From Marsupella aquatica (taxonomy: Eukaryota; Plantae; Marchantiophyta), in NCBI GenBank assembly GCA_973895155.1, contig OZ316891.1, positions 11,964,771-12,028,770 of the forward strand: a DNA stretch of 64,000 nucleotides, written 5' to 3'. A model generated the notes under the pieces. It saw nothing but the letters and a program-made list of their open reading frames with translations, did no database searches and was not told the origin of the DNA. Position numbers and translations under genes: made by a program. Shown one piece after another: positions 37,393 to 49,919 of the stretch (within the stretch, counting starts at the first letter, position 1; each line of letters starts with the position of its first letter).

Positions 37393-39853
37393 GAGCCAGT
37401 AAGAGCAAGAGTACTGCGGTAACGTCACAGGAGCAGTAGCAGAACCTCTTGTATCTTCCACACTCCTGCATAGTCCGCCGGAAGTAAATTTGCTGCTTCA
37501 CCAAATGGTGCTGTCACTGTACATACATCAATTAGATTCATGAAAAGAGGCAGAAGTGTCAATTATCTTGTGAAATCTCTTTCTGGTGTATTGGTCTGAA
37601 TTTTATTTGTTAGTAGCGACTTCCTCTCCACACGTCAAATAGAGGTTTAGTTATAACCCCAGTTTGTCGAGACTGGACACAGGCACAAATGTTACCTGGA
37701 ATCATATCTTCAGATCACTACGTCGCCTCTAGTGAGATTTTGTGCAACTCTTAGATTCTCACATTAGTGGCAGTTTCCGTACGATATGTACAGATTTGAA
37801 CGCGAGATATGTACCATTCCAAGCCAGAAATCTATCGGAAGGTTGGGAAATCATGACAACTCCTTCGCGGTCCTTTGTGTATTCGGACCTATTGGGTTGC
37901 CATAGCAGGATGGAACGATCAGAGAATTGAAAGGATTGAAAAGCTCGTAAGAATTATTACATCTCTCTCCAAATATCAGAGACAAAAAGTATTCGGAAAA
38001 GATACTCTCTCTTTCCAAACGATTTCGAGGGAAGTTCAAAAATTTCTAGTGCGAGGGAAGTATCTCAACATTTCCCTTTCAGGCCAAGTTGTTACCTTCC
38101 TACTGTACATCCGTGGTTACCGAACGAGGCGAAGTTTTAGGAGAGTCCGATACCTGACGACTAAGAACATGGAAACCCCACGGAAAATAACCGCAAAGCT
38201 TCTTCTCTACAGGCGCTGTTTATTTCTACATAATCTTTGGGGGAGCAAGGAAGAATTAATCAATCATTAAACGCGAATTTGTGCTAATATACATGTTGCG
38301 ATTTATTCCCCTGTAACAAGCGAGACATAACTTTTCCCCCAATTCAATTCTATCCAATATACACTTGCAGAAGTTACTCTGAGGTCGGCGACTCCTCAAT
38401 AAAGTTATCCATAATGTGCCGTTTGTCAACCATTCTGGTATGGAAATTATGTACCATGGCAGTCGAGCTAAAAGTCATAAAATAAAGTTATCCGTTATGT
38501 CAAGTAACAGTCCTAAAACGAAGTTGTCCATAATATGTAGCACCGACTGGCACGACTGTTTGAAAATATGGACATTACTCGATGCAAAAGACCGGGTACC
38601 CAGCCCAGAGACTCCCCTAGACTGCATTGCTGTCTTGCTGATCGAACTCATTTCAATGAAAACCATAAACTTAATGAAAACCATAAACTTAAGAAAAGAA
38701 AGACATGAGAACTTAAAGACACAATCAGAATCTCATTCTTGATCATTCATGAGAATGTTCAAGTGGTGGAGCCATTAATTTCATCTCCAATAAATGACAA
38801 ACATTAAAATTTATAATGGGGCTGCCAAAATAAGTTCAAAATACTTTAAAATCCTAAAAATTAAAAGGGTACATAAATAAATTAAAAATGCATATGATAC
38901 ACAGGCTGCGCCCCCCCCCCCCTCCCCCCCTCCTTGATAAGGGGCATTAAAATAAAAATTATTCACCGTATCGACGATTGCTGTTGGCAAATTGCCATGA
39001 TCGGTTTCTGTTGGAGAACACAACGAGCAGTGTTGGGCTGAGCAGGGTGAGAAAGGTTTTGCAACAAGCTATATGAAAATTGCGAAACTCCTGAACAGTG
39101 TACTAAAGAGATTGTACATATCCATAGAGTACACAAGCAGGGCTGGGTGAGAAAGGTGCAACCCTACCTCTGAAGAACTTTAATTGACCATTTACAACAG
39201 ATGACGGTGACAGTTAATACTTCTTAGCTATCATCAACCCCATTTGTGGGCCGAAAATCTTTCACAATCGTCAGAACCACTCAAAATATTCGTCGGTGGG
39301 GAGCTGGAGCTGAAACCGAACCGTTCGGTTTCAGCTTGCAAGAGAAATATGAAGCCCAACATCATTCTCAACTGGAATGAGACATAAAAGATAGATAGAT
39401 GGCCCTTAAATACACCAGATCTGAAAACTCAAAAGAAGAAAATGACATCCTATTGGCCGTCCAGACTACTACATTGGACAAATGTATTTGTTCTCACACT
39501 ATTTATTTCCTACTAGAACAAATAATACTGAAACTCTGATGCTTCCGTATAATTGGATGGACACAAACTGATATTGGGTAGGGATGCAGTCATGAATGCA
39601 GTGTCAAACCTACAAAGCGCCCAGAAATAGACAGTATATGCCTGAAACTGTATATTCTACATTTGACTCAGTTATGACTGGTCAGCTCATGAGATACTGA
39701 GCACCCTCCTCAAAGTCGATGTGATCCAGAGGAAAGCATCAAGTTGAAGTAGACCTCTGAAAAAAGAGCTCGTATACCCAGACGACATGACCAGATGAAA
39801 TGAAGGTAACTTGGATAGATACAGAGATGCGATCATAGTAACACACAATTCAC

Positions 39854-42800
39854 CTAAATTACAGCTCTAAACGCCCCTTGTGCAATTTGGCGCTTCGCTT
39901 CTGCTTCCTTCCCTGACCCCCTGAAGTAACTATAGACTCTCTGCAAATCAAAGAAACTCAAAACATGTTACGTGCAGCTTGGCGCTTCGCTTCTGCTTCT
40001 CCCCCTGACCCCCTGAAGTAACTATAGACTCTCTGCAAATCCAAGCAATTTAAAACATGTTACGAGCCGTTTAGCACTTCGCTTCTGCTTCTCTCACTGA
40101 CCCCCTTAGGTAATATTACAGTTGCAGTGAACAAAAAGGAGCCTATACAGTCAAGCTCCAGACCCATAGACAATCCCATTTTCCCCTTTGAAGAGTAATG
40201 AAGTACGAATAGAAATCACGAGCCCACGTGAAAGCCCTACGTACCACAAGAACCCATGCGCTAAGAACTGCCTCCAGGGTGAAGAAAATAAATCCAATGA
40301 TGTAGAGCACCTGTCAGTGGACATAGACCTCATAAGTCAAGCTACAGTTGAGCAATACTTTCACAAAAAAAGGCCTTGGAATCACCGACTGGATTTACAA
40401 AGACATGAGTGGATCATCAATATTAAGTATAGGGATCATCAAAAGATTATTGTGAAGACATTAACGGCAAATTCAAAACAAGACCCCGACACAGTTCAGA
40501 TAAACACACCCCTATCGATGTGCTGTCGCCGAATATTGATATGGCAGGCAATATTCCACTGCGAGAATAAACCATATTCCGATATCAGTACAATACAGAA
40601 AGTCGTACAGACAGGATTTCTGAAACGTAACAATACCGAAAAGCTCATTATAAAGAACTTTCTGAACACTTCATCCTAGATAATGGTCGCCTGCTAACTG
40701 ATAAACATTTCACCCATAATAAAAGACTGTCTGTCAATTCCAACAAGCCAGGGATAGAGGAGCGCTTACGCAAGTGATTTTCCTTTGAAGACTATCGGAG
40801 GAGCCACGGCAGCCAAAATGTTGAAACCAATATGTACCTGAGTACAATTTCAACAAAACAAAAGATTTGATGAGAAAGCCTTTCAGAAACAATCTGTAAG
40901 ACTGCCACAACTAGAGATACAATCATAGCTGTGAAGATATTTGGGCGATGTAAGAACCTCACCAGGAAACACATTTTCACGGAGTTACTTACCAGGTAAA
41001 AGAGGAAGAACCATCCAAACTTCAATGCACTCTCAGTCCTGAACATAAACCGCAGTTTTGTTATTTACTCAGAGAGTACGGCCTAAGGACCAATCTCATA
41101 AATTAGCAATTGAAATCCGATTCCGATGCCACCGCTAGGGGACTACAACCAGTATCGACGGAACGTACAAAAACTGAACCCATCAAAATACCTCATAGCA
41201 CGATACAGCGGGCGATACCACAAGAAATATGACAGAGGAAATCCGCAGAGTATGTAGATGATTGCAAGGAACCAGATCTGCACACCTGAACTTACAAGAA
41301 CGTCAAAATAGGTAAGACCTAAGAAAAGAAGGTACGCAAACCAAGTAAGAGCTGCTAGATCTAGATCGTAAGTTCAACACATCCAGAACAATTTCTTTTT
41401 GACCTCATTCGAACAGCACAGGTACAATACTGCATTTTGACACGCACCAACACAAGATCTTCAAAAATGAAAAAAACCAAAACTTTAAACTCGTTGGCAA
41501 GTGTCTGCTAGAGTTTCATCGCTCCAGATACTCACCATCTCCTGATGAAACAGACCCTTTAATCCATGCTCCCGATACAGCAATAAAGTTCCATATCAAA
41601 GCCCAAAGCATTCCTGGAAAATGAGGTGAAATAGTCTTTAGATCCGACTGCTTACCATATCCTGAGGAAACAGAGCCCTTTATCCACGCTCCAGAGACAG
41701 CGATGAAGTTCCACGTCAGAGCCCAAAGCATACCTGGGTGTAAGAGGACAAGATACCTCCATCTCCTAGTCAGAGAACAAGTACTTCAACTCCCGTATCG
41801 CTATCTCAACTTAACCATATCAAGGCCCACTTTACTATAGTCTGATCTAGCTGCAGTGCCTAATATCTGGTACACGCCAGGGGTCAACGAAAACACGACA
41901 TGCAATTGAAGCTACAAACTGTGTAACAGGTGGGCAGAGATCGCATAGAAACTGTACCACGGCTCAGGAGGGAATTGTAATGCACGAGATTTTGAGGACA
42001 GGTGCAAGCATATGACAGACATCTCAAGAAAAAGAAAACTCGTCTGGAATATCCTCGACCCGTTTTCTCGATATTACTTTGAAATTCTGTGAAGGACCCG
42101 ACCTTAAACCCATTCTGGTGCAATTTGACAGTGCAGCAAATATCAAAAAGACATTCACACGATAAAAGTAGCATACCGAGCCAGCTAACATATGCAATGG
42201 TCTGCAAACGTTGCAAATGGATGGGAATGTCCCTCTGAATATCATGATGAAGGATCTTGATTGGTATCACCGGCGGCCAGTTTCTCTCCTCAATTATAAT
42301 GCCAGCTGCACAAGATCAAGTCCGCGCAGAAAAACTCAATAACGTTCTCTACTTCATAACTACAGATCCTAGAGTTGACCTCAAACTCCGACATGAACTC
42401 ATGTCAATTCTTAAAAAACAGACAAAAACATCACAATTCACGGTCCAAGCATTTACTTTTGGAATTTCCTGGAAAACTGACAATATACACTCATTTCAGG
42501 ACCTGAGACTACTGATTAACTTCATTCATACACAGAATGAGGTAGCCAAGCAATATTTCAAAACTTCTCTTTTAGACCATGAACTATTGTTCCAAATACA
42601 AGCGTGGTTGCAAATGACTGATTTCACTTGAAGTAAGTCTAAAGCCCAAGCACTACAACAGCATGACTCCTTCCACTTCTCTAAGGTATTGGACAATTAG
42701 GACGAGCGTGATTAGAGGAAAGGAAAACTTCCTTACAGATTACAACAGCCAATCTTATAATTTGCTGGCTAGTCTAAATCCTGTAACGTGATTTATCCGA

Positions 42801-44919
42801 ACGTGATGATAAGCAAAGTACCTCTGGCTGCTGCCTCCTCCCTCCGTTTGAGTTCCTGTGAAACAAACAAAGTGAAATATCAGTATCACTAAGAGACAGA
42901 GCACGCCAGAACTTTGTAACCAACGTCACCTGTCATACGGCAAACTAATCCTGAATGGACGTTTTACAGTATCATAAGACCAGCATATAGCACAGTTGCC
43001 AAAACAAGGAGACGAACAAGCCGCACATCGTTCCAATTGGCAATGCGGTTCAACCAGGGGTCTTCACAGCATTAATGCTCACTTGTTTGTTCTTGAGACA
43101 ATCTATCGAAGGACCTCTGGACTTGACTGTTCTGCGACCTGAAACTCAACTCAAGACTCGACCACGTTTTGAAACAACATGAAAGAAGGTAAGAGAATTA
43201 TCTCTTGGCTAATCCGACAATGATACTCTATTTCGTTGCCCTTCGAATTAAGATAACTCAAAGCAGATGATTGATTGATTTCAGCAAATAGAGAAGTCAT
43301 ACCGCCTCCCTCTTCTTCAGTTCTTCTTCTCTCTTGATCAGCTCTTTCTCCTTCCGTTTCAATTCCTGCGCAACGTACGCCACAAGAGATAAAACATACC
43401 TCAGAATTATTTCTAAAATCCGAATGATAAACAATTGCCGCGTCAGCAATGCCCAACAGAATTCAAAGGTCCTACGTTAAATCACAAGAACGGTCACCAT
43501 TCCATTCAAAAGGAGTTCCAACCTACTTTTGCTCCTCCCAACGGAATGTCCACTGTAGCATCATTTGCCACGGGTTCATGTGGAAGTGGTGCAAGCCTTG
43601 AATTGGCCTGTGCAACATTCGTTGGTTGCTGCACAAGCAGCACCACTGCGACATAAGTACTCGACAGAATACGTCTTTGAGTTTGTTTTGCAAATGTTAG
43701 GTACACTATAAACATCAGACTTCCTCTAGTCCGATTGAGAGTCAACCGACAAGGGTAATTGTTACTACAACATCGTGAAAGAAGACAAGCGAGAACAAAC
43801 ACTCAAAATCTTAGATTCGAATCACAAAAACTTCAGTCCCTGCACCAAGTATCAGACATGGGCAACTTTTCGGATACTTCGATGTGCCATCACGGCTTTC
43901 GGTGTTTTCGGTCCTTGCACAATGCGCCATAGGCGCATGATTACAAAAATGACTCCTCGTTGAGCAATGTCAGAATGACGACTGCATATATCAAGCAGAT
44001 CAAATGAACATTACAGTAGCTACAGTCGGGAATCTTGACTAGATCGGCAAGGAGATAGAAGCACAAATTGACAATGACGGCATTGGATTAGGAGTCCCAC
44101 CGAATCATAAAATGATCCACCGAGTCCTCCTCCATAGTTCGAGGTATTATTCGCGGCTTGCGCTCGGATATTTGGATCCTGTTATAAAAATTGAACGCAC
44201 AACACACGGAACAGAACCGAACGTAGATCAGCATCACTCCACGCGTTTCTTGCAACCAACTCTAAAATCAGTCTCTGAGAAATAATAAATACTATCATAG
44301 CAGTTCATTATCGGCAAAATATACACTCCGTCCTCAAGGACTAAGAAAATTAGAGCTTTTCTTCGACAAGCAATCACATGAAACTCCGGTCAACAGAGAA
44401 CGCGAGGATCTGCTCCGAGGAAACCTTAAACTTCCCACGCTAACATGTTGCTCATCGAGCTCAGTGCCCCGGGCTTGGTAATCTCAGATCTGATCTTCTC
44501 GAGACCAGGAGCGTCACAGAGTTCAAAAGTAAGGCTCTCACTAACAAGATTCTTGCACTATCGAGGAATAAAGTTAAACTGCCAAAGGAGTACGTAATGT
44601 CGGCCATGGGAGCATAACTTCGCCTCCCCTGCCCACCGACCATACGACAAGTCTGCAATACATTAGCGTCATGCGTTCATGTTTAACTGTCCGCACACTA
44701 GGCTGCATTGCACCTATATAAATTCTCTCCATCTCTCCACATCCTTCTCTGTTTTCAAGTGAAGACGCTGTTTTCCAACCTCAGTACCTCTTGACACACC
44801 AGAGTAGTTCGTCCAAGCGGATCGGGAGAGATCTGCATCTAGTGAGTGCATCGAGAACTTACAGAGAAAGGGTTCACTTCCTCCTCGTCGAACGGATTAT
44901 TTTCGTACCGCCCAGCCAT
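39854..44919 (-). CDS. SCAMP: Secretory carrier membrane protein; exons 44919-44863, 43628-43527, 43365-43303, 42855-42822, 42305-42177, [41733-41656 or 41613-41536], 41285-41192, 41038-40993, 40837-40770, 40558-40510, 40310-40245, [39940-39854 or 40032-39958]
   Basis: MAGRYENNPFDEEEVNPFS (double NPF), coiled coil, [78 protein letters not shown]. All junctions GT-AG and phase-compatible. Confidence 0.95.
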
Positions 44920-45547
44920 CTGGATAATCGATCACTCACTCAACAGCAGACGGATGAAGAGGCCAAAAGCTGATCTCCAAGAAACCGAACACCTGAAGGC
45001 TTCCTCCTCCTTTCCAAGGTCCACAGCAATGAACAAGCCTCTCCACCACCGCCTTGCTCGTGCTCCGTCCCTGCTCGTTGGTTCCTACTTGCCCAAGGTA
45101 ACCTGTTCACTATCCTCCGCAAACCCGTAAAAGGGGGGCACAGACACGTCTCGCGCGAGCAGCAATCACCGACGAGAGACTTCCACCTAACACAACCACG
45201 GCAACAGTGGCGGCAGCAGCACGCACTGCAGCAAAACTCCCCACTACTATTATCGTCCGCTACTCCATCCGTCCTTCCCTTCCCTCCTACCGCAGTCGCT
45301 CCCTCTGTAACGATCCTTCTCCCGCAACGAGAGCGCAACCCTCCTAGATACACTCTTCCGACTACTTTCTCCTGCGAACTTGACGCCTACCCGCCTTCCA
45401 ACGTACGACAACCAGTCTCGAAGCCACCTCCACAGCAACAAACCTGGTGAACTCCCCTCGTACAGGACCACTGTCCTCCGCAATCTGCGGTTTCTTGCTT
45501 GCTACCAGTACTGTAGCTTGCCTCTCTTCTCGTCTGCCTGGCTGTGG
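43933..45547. repeat. Source copy (A) of a 1.6-kb local duplication: part of a SCAMP intron, first coding exon and 5' leader
   Basis: Near-identical to 53606-55227 (offset ~9.67 kb). Confidence 0.95.
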
Positions 45548-46294
45548 TGCCAGCCAGCTTGCCCTTGGCTCGACCCGGCCTTCTTTACGACTTTACGATT
45601 CTCCTCTCCTCTCCTCTCCTCCGCCACTTTCCTCCAAACACGCACAATCCACCTCGTTCCTGTTATCCCTCGCTCCCGTTCTCGCTAGCCGGCTGCAGCG
45701 ATGTCGTTCTTCGAGGAAGGCCACCGCGAAGTCCCGGTAGGGAGCACCTTTTCGCCGCAGGAAAGGGATCATTCATCAACTCACTCTTCCGCAATCAGCG
45801 AGCTCGTCGGGCGATATTGGTCAGACTCTTCGTCATCACATCACTCGACACTTCGCCACGAGCAAAATGGCTGCTGCTGCCCAGCCACACAGTGCGCAAA
45901 CTTATTACAGTCCTCCTCCGTCACCATCCGTCAGTCCCTCACCGTGCGATCAACACACTCAAAATCACTTCGCTCACGGTGACCGACGAACTTTTAGGTC
46001 GTTTAGCGAAGAAAAAAATAGCTGATCGCTGCTTAGATTGGTTTGGCTAAGACTGGCTTTGTTGGATACCTTAGGTACACCCAGGTTCGCTAATAGTTTT
46101 CCCATTTAAAATATAGGGACTTGCAGGAAATACTTTCTCTAGATTTCAGGTTTTACTTTAAAACAATGTAAACACTCTTTTATATGGATTGTATGATTTT
46201 CTTCAAGAGCATTTTACTCACCTATCCCCAATCTGACCATAATTATCAACCTGTGACCCAAACTATTTTCATTCATAAGTCGGCCCCATCACCG

Positions 46295-46595
46295 GCCATG
46301 TGGCAAGGTGCTATTGACCATGCCTAACCCCAACCGGTTCTACCTTAACCTGGGCCAACTCACACCGGTTATGACAATCTAGGGAGTACCTGCCCGGCAG
46401 GTGGTGGCGCTGTTGTCAGGCCTGCCTTTGTGGGTCAGTTGGTGGGGAGGAAGTCGGGGTCGGGGCTGCTTTAGCACAACACGAGGGAGCCAGCCCAGTA
46501 CTCCCTCAATTGTAAATGGGAACGGGTCAGCCAGGTTAGGGTAGAACCAGTCAGGGTTCCACATGGAAAATATGTAGCACCTTGCCATGTGGCAG
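46295..46595. mobile_element. Small fold-back MITE-like element
   Basis: TGGCAAGGTGCTA / TAGCACCTTGCCA and GGTTCTACCTTAACCTGG / CCAGGTTAGGGTAGAACC inverted pairs. Confidence 0.55.
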
Positions 46596-49500
46596 ACAAC
46601 CAATGTGGAACAACCTCGGGTTAAGTAAAGGAGTTAGAGTAACCAATATTTGAAAAGCGGGTCGACTTAGAATTCCACCTCTAAGTGCAAAACAAGCCTT
46701 GAATCACTTCACTAAACTATAACTATATGAGTGTAAAACTATTGATAAGTGCATGTTGTACTCTATTAAGAAAGGGCATATAAGGGTACAATCTCATCAA
46801 TTTACATTTGGCTTCAATATTTCTTTGAAAGGTGCATTTGGATTGACATGTATGATTGTATTGAACTGAATTGCATGTCCATTATTGATACCAATTATTC
46901 TTTGATTCCCTAAAGATTATTGTGTATTTGGGCATGTCTTGATATAAGTTCCCCTTTGTGTTAGATTCTCTTGTGTTTGTGATGTTTAATTTTGCTCATG
47001 TTTGGATACATTGGACAAGTGAGGTATGTTATGTTTGACAACTTTTGTAATCAAGGACCCCATTTTTCTCACCTTTGGTCTCATTACAAATGACGTGTCT
47101 TGGCCCTGGCCCCGCTGTATTGCCCGGAGTGTCCATCCAATTCCCCCGACCCTTGCGGATCCAGGTGTGGCAAATGTATTGCCTCCCACCTCACAGAGTC
47201 CCCTGCATATTGACCTCCTCTCCACCTACAAGATACTTTCTGCAATGGCAATTTGAGCAAGCTCCCTTTAGTGATTGCCAGAGGTTGTGCGAACAGCTAC
47301 ACTACTGTAGTTGAGGACGCCCCTTTTCATCACCCTGGGTGGCACATGTATTATTGTTTGATCTTGTATGGTGAATCCTTAACAGATAGAACTTGTAGTG
47401 AGGAGGTGGTGGGCTCGGTGTGAAAGGGACTCATGGCGGGCCAGGTTTTCAACTTGTGGGTGTCCTGATTGCTGATCCATCAGGGGTGTACTCTATATTG
47501 GGCATATACAAATGGGTGTGGCCAAGTAGGACTTGGGTTGTAGATGTCTTGCACGTTCATCTAAATTCTTGAGTCCGAACACACCTGACTTTCAAGCTTA
47601 TCAATGAAGATTGCCCGGGGAACAAAATCTAAGTAGTGGGAGTTCACTATGCCTACGAAACATTATTGTGGCATACCCATTCTTAATGAGCATGGGTATA
47701 CGGGCAGAGAAAAATACCACGGAGGCAGAGACACGTTTGGTTCAAAGACAAATTTTCCAGGATGCACTTTTGTGTCCCTTTGCAATTGTTTCCTTCAAAT
47801 CTTTTCTATCCAACACAAATACAAAGAGCCAGAGAGGCCAAACCTAGAATACATTGTAGGTGCAATGTTTTGAGTACCGTCCACATGGGAGATAGGCCTT
47901 GATTTGACAGCCATTGCCAACTCTCATTGGGCTCACCGTCTTTCTGGTTTGTTGGGATTCACACCATATCTGCATGGCGGCTTGGTAGATTGGTTTGGCA
48001 TAGCTTCCTTCGATTGGCAACAGTGGGAGTAGGATGGGGGCAAAGATACCATGGCTGCTCTTTATTGCAGGCCGAGGCTGCTTTCGACCGATTACCGACG
48101 TTTTAGCTATGGGCTGGTGGAGTGTTGGCAGATCTCGACGCTACAAGCTGCACTGCTCTGTTGGGCTCGGTCGGTAGCTTTGGCGTCCTACGTACAGGAC
48201 AGTACTGGGCCTGGCTGCTTCCGGCTCTGCTCGACCTCGGCGAGTTGGCCTTGGCCTCCTCTGCTAGTTTTTGCCTGATCACCGTCGGGGGAAGATTCTT
48301 GGCTATGTCGGACATATGTAACGAATATTTCCAAGTGGAAACGTTCATTCCACTGAACGACCTCCTTGAACTGCTTGAATGACTCGCACTGTGCTGTTTG
48401 GCGCGGTACAAAGAACGCACGCAACACGAGACAAAATCGTCACATTTCTACCCTGTCGGAGCTATTTGGTTTCAGTTTAGGGTTGAGGATCTATAGAACG
48501 GGCAATGACATAGAGTTTATTTAGGACCTCTTTGCATACCTTTCCTGGCTCTCTTTCCATGATAAAGTTCTGAAGACTCATACCTTTTTGTCACGAAACT
48601 ACCTTCTCATAACTTCATTCAGCTGTGAGCAGACTCGTGGGTGCCAGATGTCTGGGAAGGTTTTGGTCATTGCTGTTTGATCCCCCAGTTGATCGGGTTG
48701 GACTCTGATGAAGGACAGTTAGGACGGTCGATGACATTACTGTAGGCTGGGTTTGGTAAATCTCTTACTTGCAGATTGTGAAGCAGTGCTAAAGGAGTGA
48801 ATTCTTTTTCAGGTTTGAAGATCTCGGGCGACAATTCAGTGCGGTAACAAGTAGTAGTTTTCGGTTGAAACGAGTCCAGATTTCTAAATGATGGGAACCG
48901 TAAGGTAGTGCAATGAAACTGACCCTGCGATTGGCAGAGGGAAAAACTCTTGGGTGCATGGGATGTGAGCTTTTAGAGGTTGGGATGGATTTTCTTTTAA
49001 GTTATTCTGAACAATAGAAGACTGATGAATGAACAACAGCACGAGCTGACTTCAACATCTTCTCTAGAAGGTCAACAATAAGGGTAAGAGGGACGAACTA
49101 CGCAGGTTCTGCTCGTGGAGGATTTTTTAAGCAGGCAGGAGACAATGGTTACTGAGAACACCTATCCAAGATTAGAATCTCCAGCTTGCCCCTAGCCCAT
49201 CCGATGAATCTGGGAGTTTTTAGAGGAATAATTACGTATGTAACCCTGCATTCTAACCCAAAAACCAATCTAAAGACATTGGGATATGCTCCAGATGAAT
49301 GACTGACGGCGAGGTTCCCTTGAGAGAAAGCATACAAGTATCACATAGATGTGACAATATGCTTCAGTGCTGAGTTTTCAGTTTTTATTCACTCCTGACA
49401 TAACACGGCCCAGGTCCTAAGCTCTACTGTTGCAGATGCCACGTCATGTGGGAACCCACATCCTGTTCCTTTCTCTTTGGATGTCATGGCTAATTCTAGG

Positions 49501-49919
49501 ATACAATCTCGTAATAACCTTATTAAGCTTGTCCATTGGCATATAGTATATATTTGATGGATGCACAGAAAGCTGAATCATTCATGTTCGAAAGCCACTT
49601 CTTGGTCCAGTTTGATGGGTATTACTGGGATCCACTCAGCAGTATCCGTTTGAGGCCGCGAGCCAAGTGTTGTATTGCGTGATGGGTATTACTAGGATCC
49701 ACCTCTTTTTGCAGGTAGGCCAGCGGGACTTTCCAAGGTGTGCTGTTCAGGTCTGCAACACTACTTCAGCAATTAATCACGAGGCCAACGGACGATATGA
49801 TCCGCCCACAATCATATCACGAACGACCGTGTACCTCAAAATTCTGACAAATATGGAATGCATAGCTGCGCTGATAATTGATTGGTACAAACGATTGGAT
49901 ATTATGTTAACTCTGCAAA

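Noticed and set aside
46750-48450. Short ORFs between SCAMP and INT
   Set aside because: Possibly decayed transposon or gene fragments, but no motif recognised.
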